64,000 bases of DNA. Source: Epithemia pelagica (Eukaryota; Protista; Bacillariophyta). Both the position numbers and the translations under genes were made by a program. The notes below the pieces were generated by a model. The model searched no databases and was not told the DNA's origin. It worked only from the letters and a program-made list of their open reading frames with translations. The DNA lies in contig OX337235.1 of NCBI GenBank assembly GCA_946965045.2, positions 1,178,001-1,242,000 on the forward strand, written 5' to 3'. Position 1 is the stretch's first letter, and every line of letters starts with the position of its first letter. Shown piece by piece: positions 19,018 to 28,134 of the stretch.

Positions 19018-19031
19018 GATTAACAGTCTCA
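19018..19031 (+). other. Primer-binding site of copia 2 (GATTAACAGTCTCA)
   Basis: Abuts the LTR end ...TGTCA and is identical to the PBS of copia 1. Confidence 0.85.
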
Positions 19032-20089
19032 ACAGCACGCCTGTTGATTGTTGTTCTCGTTTCCTTTCCGAATCGTTTGGTTGATTGTTGTCTTTGACCG
19101 ATCTCTTGCGTTGTTTGTGTTTGTTGGGTTCGCTCTTACTTCCGAAGGTAAAATTCGTTCGGAGGGATTGATTCTCATATCCCGTCCTCTCCGTCTCGTC
19201 ATATTCGATCGATTCATCCATTTGGTTGGTTGTTGGGTCGGTTGGTTGTCGTCTTATTGTTGTCGAAAAATCTTCATTGTCGGCATCGAATTTTGTTTTT
19301 CGTCGTTTCTTGTCTGTGTCGGAAAACAGAGTTGGGGGAACTATCCGAGGTAACCAATCCCACGGGCAACCCAACTCCCAGTCCCCGCGAGACTGTCGTA
19401 TCCCCATCCCGTACTTTACGTACAAGTAAGCCGCAAGGCCGAAAAGAGGGCGATCCTTGCCAGACCGGCTGGATACCGTCAGGGGGCGAAGTTAAGGTAC
19501 TCAACAGGTACTACTTCGCGTGCTCCGGCACACGTGTTCGTTACTAACAACGCATCTGTTGCTGTCGCCCGCCAAGCGATCAGGCTCTCTATCTTTGCGC
19601 TGTGGACAGATTGCTTAACCGCCAGACGTTACCTTCCTGGTGCGCGATTGTTCTTGGTTTTTCCCGCCTTTTGATCGCTTCTTTTTCCTTCCTACACGTG
19701 GAGTTTGGGCTAGGGATTGGCAATCCCGGTGTGTGGAGTCAAGAACAGACACCGTCAGATCTTGCTAGTTCTTCGTTACCCTCGGGTAGCAACCTAGCCT
19801 AAAGACTGCAGTGGAAGCGCGTCACATTCTAATTAGCTTCGCTCAGCGAGCCCCGTGACATTGCTCCCGGTTCTGAATAGCACCTCTGCTTGGAGTTTTA
19901 TTTTCAATCAGTTTGATTTCAAGTGTTTTATTTGGTTTTATTTTCAAGTTTTTCAAGTTTTTGGAGACGGATACAAGTAGGCTACTACCTGGTGAATTTG
20001 ATTCAGAGGGCTCTTCAGTAGTAACTTCATCCTATCTCCGCTCAAGATATTCAAGTTTTTCACCTAGTTCTACCTAGTTTACTGATATC

Positions 20090-23000
20090 ATGACGGAACC
20101 GACTGAGAATGCAGTAGATCTTTCCCAGGATCCAGTTTTTCAGCACATCTTTACTACGATCTTGAATCAACCCCCAGATCGCCTTACTGATTTCCAAGAC
20201 TGGTTTACTCATCACAAGTTTTTAGACTTCTCTGAGTTTCTTGAGTTGTATGTCTTCGAACCTGAAACCCTTGCGGATGACCTTGAATTTAAAACTAAGC
20301 GACAGCCTAAGACCCAGAAATTACATCCTACCTTCGCTAAGCAAATTCGTGCTTTCCTTCTTTGGGCTAATCATCTTCACTCTCTCGCCCAGCGTTTCTT
20401 TGGTGCTGATGACTGGTTAGCCCTTACTCGCGAGGATTATGGTCGGTTTCGCATCGGGACTTATTTCCCTACTTCTTCTCAGTCTCGGGCCTTAAACGTG
20501 CCGTCTACTCCAGGTACTCCATCTCTTGGCACTCCGGGGGGGAAGTCTACTATGTCTAACTCGTCTCAGTCCCAGCAAGATTTGACTACCTTTCGTAAAG
20601 GCATTAAACGCGACTCAACGGCATATGAAGTACTCAAGGAAGAGAAAAACTATGACCCCTTTATGCGTAGTTTTCGTGCTACTGCACTTGCTCAAGGATT
20701 AGGCAATGTTTTGGATCCTTCTTTTGTTGTGGATTCCACAGATCCTGCTGCCTCTGCTCTTTACCGAGAACAACAGATCTTTCTATATTCAGTTTTAGTT
20801 CGTTGTTTACAAACTGATAAAGGTCGTGCTATCATTCGTGCCCATACTACGGACATGGATGCTACAGCCGTCCTAGATGAGTTACGCACTCATCATACGG
20901 ACTCCGAGTTGTCACGCAAGGAAATCATGCGTCTCACTGCCTATCTTACAAACATTCGTCTTGATTCAGCATGGAGAGGCACTACATCCCAGTTCTTGCT
21001 TCATTTCAATGAACAACTACGTCTTTTAGATAGTCTATGTGATTCTAGCCAAAAGCTACCTGATTTTTCACGTACTACTTTTCTCATGCAAGCTGTGGAT
21101 GGTAATGAAGATCTTCGACGTGTCAAGATTTTCGATGATTTTCTTAAATCCCAATCTGGGACTCATGCAAAGATGTCCTATGATGACTACTATCGTGTGT
21201 TGACTAATGCTGCTTTTCAATTTGATCAGCACTTAGCTAGCAAGAATGGATCTAAACGACGAGCTTATGCTTCCCAACAGTGTGATCACGATATTTTTGA
21301 CTCTGATCATTCTAGTTCTCATGATGATTTCATTCAAGAGGATCTTGTATCTATTTTTCAAGCTAATCGGACTCGTAATCGCATTGATACTCGTACTCAG
21401 CGTATTTTTCTCCCTAAGGATATTTGGGATGCTACTTCAGATGAAGTTAAAGAGATGCTAAAAGCACACAATAAACGTATCTTGGCTAACTCACCTAATT
21501 CTAAACCTCGTCAAACGAACCTACATGAGGTTAGTGAATCATCTGCTGATGAAAATCCAACAGCTACTGATAATACTGAAGAAGCTTGCCAAGAAGCTGC
21601 TGTTGCTACTGAGTCTGATCCTAGTCCTGATCAGCTTCTCACAATGTTACATGAGCAAACTGATTATCCTGAATCTGATATTCAGCGCGTCCTTTCTGCC
21701 AACAAGGCTAAATCTAAGGGTGTTAGTTTCTCTATCAATGCTACCTATCGCTTCTCCAAGGCTAACCTTAATCCTACCTTTCAGTTGATTGATAGAGGGG
21801 CCAATGGTGGTTTAGCTGGGAGTGATTTGAAGATTATCCACAAAACTGGTCGAAAGATTAACATTATTGGCATTGATAATCACGAGGTAACTGGTTTGGA
21901 CATTGTTACCGCTGCAGGTCTTTATTCTACACAGCTAGGTACAATCGTTGGTATTTTCCATGAGTATGCTTACCTTGGCAAAGGTCGTTCGATTCACTCT
22001 CCGCCACAAATGGAATATTTCAAGACTCTTGTTGATGACAAGTCAGTTCTTGTCGGTGGTCGACAGCGTATTGAGACTCTAGACGGTTATGCCTTACCTT
22101 TGATCTTTAAGGGTGGACTTGTCTATTTGGATAGTCTAGGCATTCCTACTGATAATGACCTAGCTACTTATCCTCATGTCGTCTTTACGTCACCCGATGA
22201 ATGGAATCCTGACGTCATGGATCATTCTCATTCGTCCAATCCTGATACACATTCTGATTGGATGGATCTTGTCAACCCAGACCCTATTGATCGTGATTTT
22301 TCTGCGACTGGAGACTATGTTCATCGCGTCAACCTAGTTTCCCAGATTCTTACCCTTCATCAACAGACAAACCTAGCTGGTGCCGTCGACTTTCAGCACA
22401 GTCGTTATCATCAACAATCTCTGAAATCTGAAGATTTTGAAGCCCTACGTCCTTATTTTGCTTGGGCATCGGCTGATAGCATAGCTAATACCTTTAAGGT
22501 TTCTACACGCTATGTGGGATTTTCCCCTCATGATTATCTCAAGAAGCACTTTCGCACTCGTAACCCTGTGCTCAATATCGGTCGTCGTCGTGAAGGGGTT
22601 GCCACTGATACAGTCTTTGCTGATACACCTGCTATTGATAATGGTTCTAAGGCTGCTCAGATTTTTGTTGGAAGAGATACCCTTGTTTGCGATGTGTATG
22701 GAGTCAAATCTGATGCTCAATTCGTCAATACCCTTGAGGATAATATCCGACTACGGGGAGCTATGGACGTTTTAATCAGTGATCGTGCTCAGGCTTTAGT
22801 TTCTAAGAAAGTACAAGACATCCTACGGTCTTTGTTTATTTCTCAGTACACATCTGAACCTCATCATCAGCATCAGAATTTTGCTGAAAATCGGTACTCT
22901 ACTCTTAAGCGCTGGACTAATCTTATTCTCAATACCTCTGGTTGTCCACCTAGCTGCTGGTTACTTGCTCTAGACTATGCGTCGACCGTGCTTAACCACC

Positions 23001-25717
23001 TTGCTTCGCCGGCGCTTAACGGTCGCACCCCCATTGAGCGCCTGACGGGCTCCACTCCTGATGTTAGTTTCTTACTTGCTCATTATTTCTGGGAACCAAT
23101 TTATTTTTCTTATGATCCTGATCGATCTTCTTACCCTTCTACTGGTAATGAATCTAAAGGTCGTTGGGTAGGTTTTGGTACTGGGGTTGGGGATCCATTA
23201 ACATGGAAGATCCTTACTGATGAGACCTCTACGATTTTGTTTCGATCTACTATTCGTAGTGCTACCTCTTCTTTACCTAACCGACGTCTAGATCCAGAAA
23301 AAGGGGAGATAGTTCATGTCAGAGGTCGTCATGAAGATAGTTCTTCTGGATCTACACCTTCTATGCCTACTATAGATCCACATGATCTACTTGGCCGTAA
23401 ATTTCTTGGCCCTAAACTGGAAACTGGGGAGCGTTTCCGTGGGTTAGTTGTTGCTATGGTCCAAGATCAAGCTTATCGTGACCGAAAACGTTTTGAAGAC
23501 CTCAGTTTTGAAGTGGAATATGATGAAGGTCGCCTTCGTGAGATTGTCACTTACAACGAACTTCTCAATCATCTAGATCATGATCCTGACGACGTTGTTT
23601 TCTCTGAGCAAGAGTATCGCATGCGGCAAATCACTGCTCATCAAGGTCCTCTCAAACCTACTGATGCTCATTACAAGGGATCTAGCTACAACGTTCTTGT
23701 CGAATGGGAAAATGGGGAGACTAGCTATGAGCCTCTTTCTTTTATAGCTAGTGATGATCCTTTGCTATGCGCTATCTATGCCAAGAATAATGGACTACTC
23801 GACTTAGATGGCTGGAAGCACCTAGCTAAATACGTCAAGACTGAAAAACGACTCATCAAGACACTCCGTCGACATTTGCAGCAAGCCAAGAAAAAGATGA
23901 TCCGGCGTAACTCTCGCGCGCAAATCAAGTACCGTTTTGGCGTGCAAGTCCCACGGGATTATGATGAAGCTATCCTGCTAGATGTTCAGAACAAGAATAA
24001 CTTATGGTCAAAAGCAACTGAACTCGAGCTAGATCAAGTCATTCATCAATATAAGACATTCCTAGTTCGGGATAAGGCTATTTTTCAAAATGGGAAGCTT
24101 ATGAATGCTCCTGAAGGATACCAACGGTTGAGAGTTCACCTAGTTTTCGATGTCAAACATGATGGACGTCGAAAAGCTAGACTTGTAGCTGATGGGCATT
24201 TGACTATACGAGACCCGTCTATGTCAAGCTACTCAGGAGTGGTATCAATACGTGGCCTACGTCTAGTTATCTTCCTCAGTGAACTGAACAAGCTGGAGAT
24301 CTGGGCAGCTGACATTGGAAATGCTTACCTAGAAGCACAAACAAAGGAGAAGCTATTCATCATAGCTGGTCCTGAATTTGGAGATTTGGAAGGAAAAATC
24401 TTGATTTTTGATAAGGCACTTTACGGGCTTGTGACCAGTGGAGCACGATGGCATGATAAACTCTACGACGTTTTACAAGAAATGGGATTTAAACCATGCA
24501 AGATTGAACCTGACATCTGGTTTAAGCTAAACGAAGAGCACGGTGTCTACGAGTACATAGCAGTTTACGTAGACGACCTAGCAATTGCTGCAAAGAATCC
24601 GAAAGAAATTTGTGATACTTTCACTGAAAAATTTAAATTCAAACTCAAAGGTGTGGGCCCAATAGCATATCACCTAGGGTGTACATACAAGAGAGAACCA
24701 GATGGAACATTGGTTGGGGACCCCAGACGATACGTTGAGAAGATACTCGAAGGATACGAAATCTTATTCGGGAACAAACCGAAAAAGTACAAGACTCCAT
24801 TAGACCGGCAAGATCATCCTGAACTAGATGATAGCGAGCTATGTGAAGAAAAGGACATTGCCATCTATCAATCCATTATAGGGCAACTGCAATGGGTGGT
24901 GACTATAGGTCGTTTTGACATCTTCACTTCCGTCATGACATTGGCTAGATTCCGTGCCGCTCCACGAATTGGCCATTTGGAACGTGCAAAACGAGTTGTT
25001 GGATACCTAGCAGGCATGTATCATGGAGCAATCCGTTTTAGACTACATGAACCAGACTACTCCAATCTGCCAGACCAAAACTATGACTGGTTCCGCGTTT
25101 ACGATGGAGCACGAGAGGAAGTTCCAAAAGATGCACCGGAACCTAAGGGTCTACCCGTTGTTACAACTACCTTTGTCGATGCTAACCTAAAGCACGACAT
25201 GATTACGGGGAGATCAGCATCTGGGATTCTACACCTAGTCAATGGAACTCCCATGGACTGGTACTCCAAGCGACAGGCAACGGTTGAGACTGCAACCTTT
25301 GGCTCTGAATTTGTCTCTGCACGGATTGCATGTGATCAAATCATGGAACTACGCATTTTTCTTCGTTACCTAGGAGTACCACTACGAGATTCTAGCTACC
25401 TATTCGGAGATAACAAGTCAGTGGTAACCAATAGTACGGTACCACATTCAATCCTTAGCAAACGCCATCATTTTCTGAGCTACAACCGTGTACGTGAGTG
25501 TATGGCATCGAAGGCTATCAAGTTTTACTGGAAGGATGGCAAGACCAATCCCGCTGACGTGTTGACTAAAAATTGGGATTTTGTCACGGGATGGCCACTC
25601 CTTAAACCTCTGCTATTCTGGCGAGGTGATGTTAGTGCTTTGAACGATAAGATCAATGAACCAAAACAAGACAGACAGACGAAAGGGGAGTCGCACAAGG
25701 TAGATGACCGTGACTGA
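20090..25717 (+). CDS. Gag-Pol polyprotein of copia 2 (1875 aa)
   Basis: Protease LIDRGANGG; integrase VATDTVF / ISDRA / FAENRY; RT RKARLVADGH, LYGLVTSG, YVDDL; RNase H FVDANL, FGSEF, FGDN, NPADVL. All expected catalytic acidic residues are present. Confidence 0.96.
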   Translation: MTEPTENAVDLSQDPVFQHIFTTILNQPPDRLTDFQDWFTHHKFLDFSEFLELYVFEPETLADDLEFKTKRQPKTQKLHPTFAKQIRAFLLWANHLHSLAQRFFGADDWLALTREDYGRFRIGTYFPTSSQSRALNVPSTPGTPSLGTPGGKSTMSNSSQSQQDLTTFRKGIKRDSTAYEVLKEEKNYDPFMRSFRATALAQGLGNVLDPSFVVDSTDPAASALYREQQIFLYSVLVRCLQTDKGRAIIRAHTTDMDATAVLDELRTHHTDSELSRKEIMRLTAYLTNIRLDSAWRGTTSQFLLHFNEQLRLLDSLCDSSQKLPDFSRTTFLMQAVDGNEDLRRVKIFDDFLKSQSGTHAKMSYDDYYRVLTNAAFQFDQHLASKNGSKRRAYASQQCDHDIFDSDHSSSHDDFIQEDLVSIFQANRTRNRIDTRTQRIFLPKDIWDATSDEVKEMLKAHNKRILANSPNSKPRQTNLHEVSESSADENPTATDNTEEACQEAAVATESDPSPDQLLTMLHEQTDYPESDIQRVLSANKAKSKGVSFSINATYRFSKANLNPTFQLIDRGANGGLAGSDLKIIHKTGRKINIIGIDNHEVTGLDIVTAAGLYSTQLGTIVGIFHEYAYLGKGRSIHSPPQMEYFKTLVDDKSVLVGGRQRIETLDGYALPLIFKGGLVYLDSLGIPTDNDLATYPHVVFTSPDEWNPDVMDHSHSSNPDTHSDWMDLVNPDPIDRDFSATGDYVHRVNLVSQILTLHQQTNLAGAVDFQHSRYHQQSLKSEDFEALRPYFAWASADSIANTFKVSTRYVGFSPHDYLKKHFRTRNPVLNIGRRREGVATDTVFADTPAIDNGSKAAQIFVGRDTLVCDVYGVKSDAQFVNTLEDNIRLRGAMDVLISDRAQALVSKKVQDILRSLFISQYTSEPHHQHQNFAENRYSTLKRWTNLILNTSGCPPSCWLLALDYASTVLNHLASPALNGRTPIERLTGSTPDVSFLLAHYFWEPIYFSYDPDRSSYPSTGNESKGRWVGFGTGVGDPLTWKILTDETSTILFRSTIRSATSSLPNRRLDPEKGEIVHVRGRHEDSSSGSTPSMPTIDPHDLLGRKFLGPKLETGERFRGLVVAMVQDQAYRDRKRFEDLSFEVEYDEGRLREIVTYNELLNHLDHDPDDVVFSEQEYRMRQITAHQGPLKPTDAHYKGSSYNVLVEWENGETSYEPLSFIASDDPLLCAIYAKNNGLLDLDGWKHLAKYVKTEKRLIKTLRRHLQQAKKKMIRRNSRAQIKYRFGVQVPRDYDEAILLDVQNKNNLWSKATELELDQVIHQYKTFLVRDKAIFQNGKLMNAPEGYQRLRVHLVFDVKHDGRRKARLVADGHLTIRDPSMSSYSGVVSIRGLRLVIFLSELNKLEIWAADIGNAYLEAQTKEKLFIIAGPEFGDLEGKILIFDKALYGLVTSGARWHDKLYDVLQEMGFKPCKIEPDIWFKLNEEHGVYEYIAVYVDDLAIAAKNPKEICDTFTEKFKFKLKGVGPIAYHLGCTYKREPDGTLVGDPRRYVEKILEGYEILFGNKPKKYKTPLDRQDHPELDDSELCEEKDIAIYQSIIGQLQWVVTIGRFDIFTSVMTLARFRAAPRIGHLERAKRVVGYLAGMYHGAIRFRLHEPDYSNLPDQNYDWFRVYDGAREEVPKDAPEPKGLPVVTTTFVDANLKHDMITGRSASGILHLVNGTPMDWYSKRQATVETATFGSEFVSARIACDQIMELRIFLRYLGVPLRDSSYLFGDNKSVVTNSTVPHSILSKRHHFLSYNRVRECMASKAIKFYWKDGKTNPADVLTKNWDFVTGWPLLKPLLFWRGDVSALNDKINEPKQDRQTKGESHKVDDRD

Positions 25718-25965
25718 TCGTACGATGAGTCACGATCAATACCTAGTGGTTTCATCTGGCTGTGACGTCATAATATACAAACACCTAGCACATGTAGATC
25801 GTAGTTTAGACAATGGGGAGAAAGGGAATACGATAGGAGGCGCTTTCAATGGCCTTGGACATGAGCTAGACATCATCCATGAACATGTGCGATATCTTGG
25901 GACGATTGAATGCGATCTAGATGTCAGATGCACACGAACCAGCAATGCTGCGTGTAGATTTCTAC
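25691..25965 (+). repeat. 3' LTR of copia 2, first segment
   Basis: Identical to 18495-18769. Confidence 0.95.
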
Positions 25966-27579
25966 CATTGGTCCTCGGAGGGGATGTAGGATCCCTGCAC
26001 GTACCTATTTACTATAGCCCAATTTTTACTGTAGCTCATTTTTTTAGTTAGTGTATGTAAGTAAGATTGTATCAAAGCGATGGGCCAAAAACCAAAAAGT
26101 GAGCGGAAGAAACGAAACGCCACATCGAATAGAGAGTACGAAGCAGCCCATACCAAACCAACAGCAACCAAACCATCCCCAAGAGACAGCGACCAAAGGG
26201 AAGCAACAACCAACCAGAACACAAGAGACAACACAGCAACCAAAGGGAAGCAACAACCACAACCAGCAACCACAGAAACAGCAACCAAAATGAAACAACA
26301 ACCAACCCAAAGCACAGAGACAGATTTTGCAACCGAAGGCCAAAGAGTCACAACAAGCAGAAGCACAGGGACAACAAGCAGAAGATGCAATAACCAACCA
26401 AAAAGCACAAGAGACAACACAGCAAACAAAGAGAGACCACAATAGGTAGACCACAATAGGTGAAACAACAACCACAGGGAAACAACAACCAACCAAAAGC
26501 CCACGAGGCAACACAGCAACCCATCCAACACAACAATCAATGAGACAGCAATCCAGGCAAAAGGAACCAACCACCAAAGAGAGACAGCCATCAAAGCAAG
26601 ACAGGAACCAACCAAAAGAACAACACCGAAGCACCAAAACAAAACAACAACCAACCAAAGCAAGGAAACAGCACCCAACCAATCACAACAACCAAATGAA
26701 GAGAGAGAGAGAGACATGGTGAGACATGCTTGAGAGGAAAGAAACAATCAAACATGAAGGAGAACTCAAAGAATGACACATACCTTGAAGGAAAGGAAGA
26801 CAAGGAAGACGGACCAAAAGAGAAGCCACGACTCTCATCCAGGGTGCTAAAACAGATAGAGAACAACAATGTAAGTAAACAGATTGAAGAGAAGACAAGA
26901 GAAGAAACAAATAGGACTTACTTTGATTGATGGGTTGATGTTTTGTTGCTTCCATGGTCATTCCAACATTCCACACTAAATTTGATCGAACGAGGAAAAA
27001 TGAGACCGAGAGAGGAATGAGAAACCTGCCACAGTACAGTGTGGCCCGTAGGCCACACGTAGAAGCAGTACATAACAAATGCGACCAGGGAATGCTCGCG
27101 CGCTAGAGGAAGATTTGAATTCAGACGTGCGTGACACATGACCCGGTCACAAGTCATAAGCAATGACTGACGGTCGGTTGGGGTAGACACGATCAGTCTA
27201 ATTAGCAACCATCTTCTTAAGTAACTCTGCCTAAGTGATTAGGAAAGTGCCTAAGTATCAGAATCTTACGGCTAAGTAGGTCTTTTTTATCGGATTGTTG
27301 TCGGCATGTGGAATGTCTAAGTACTACGATTACTTAGTCCCCTCCTCGGACACAACGGAAGCGCACGACATCTGCTCCTCGTCGTGATTCTCGTCGGGGG
27401 CACTTCTCGGGGGCCTAACTCCTCGGCGGGCAATAGGTCCTCGTCGTGTACTGCCCCAAATCCGCTTATAGCGGATTTGTCGGGGCAGTACACTCCTCGG
27501 ACCTATTGCCCTTCTCGGAGTTAGGCACCCTCGTCGTGCCTCCCTCCTCGTCTCACTCCTCGGAGCAGATGTAGAACTA
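25966..27579. mobile_element. Unclassified 1614-bp insertion: non-coding, A/C-rich core, structured terminus
   Basis: Absent from the otherwise identical 5' LTR and flanked by a CTAC duplication (25962-25965 and 27580-27583). 17/20 direct repeats near both ends, no TIRs, no credible protein. Confidence 0.85.
27368..27572 (-). other. 205-nt rod-like hairpin with periodic purine internal loops (minus strand)
   Basis: Stems of 11, 4, 8, 3+10, 13, 12 and 9 bp read directly from the sequence. Loops read GAGGA/GACGA-type on the minus strand. Confidence 0.9.
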
Positions 27580-27583
27580 CTAC

Positions 27584-27831
27584 GTACCTAGTACAAATGG
27601 ATGGAAAAGGGGGAACAACAACAACGAGCACTAACATAGACGATAACACTCACAATTCTAAAAAGCATCATCATCACATCTCTTTGTGTCCTACCTACTC
27701 TTCTAGTAGTTGTTGGCCTTTTCCTTGACCCGTGGGGGATTGGCTACGTGGTTGGTGCCTTGAATTGTCTAACGCTTTGTTGTATCTTTGATTGTTGTGT
27801 CGTAACGACCGGAGTCCTTCATCTTTTGTCA
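27584..27831 (+). repeat. 3' LTR of copia 2, second segment
   Basis: Identical to 18770-19017, followed by TSD GCAAG. Confidence 0.95.
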
Positions 27832-28134
27832 GCAAGCGTCTCTGACTTCGAATAAACGTCATACTTAGTATGTCGCTGTCGCTCCGCGTTTCAGATTGCA
27901 GATTTCTATGAAAAAAAATATGTCTCACATAATATGTTCTTTCGCCATCGTCTGATATGGCACCTTGACTCAACATCCCGTCAGTAAGTTATCCCTATCG
28001 CGCAACTACACTTCAGACATCAGATCCCCTTACTGCGCTGTTACATGACCATTGCTTGTCGAAAGACTTCCACTTCCTTCTCACAAATCGATCGACAAGA
28101 AGATCATCAAGCCAAAAACCCTGACAACATTACA

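Larger units (their letters stand above)
18495..27831 (+). mobile_element. Ty1/copia LTR retrotransposon 2 (CoDi-like), with a 1.6-kb insertion in its 3' LTR
   Basis: 523-bp LTRs with TCGCA...TGTCA ends, TSD GCAAG (18490-18494 and 27832-27836), PBS 19018-19031, PPT GAAAGGGGAG 25681-25690, and an intact 1875-aa ORF. Confidence 0.96.

Noticed and set aside
25962-26869. Long hydrophobic minus-strand ORFs (261, 212 aa and others) and Q/T/K-rich plus-strand ORFs in the insertion
   Set aside because: The tract lacks T on plus and A on minus, so stops are rare in all frames. Overlapping ORFs are equally low-complexity, with no family motif.
26900-27579. Possible hammerhead ribozyme (retrozyme or Penelope-like) in the insertion
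   Set aside because: No CUGANGA core with a matching GAAA found on either strand. The closest is CTGACGG.
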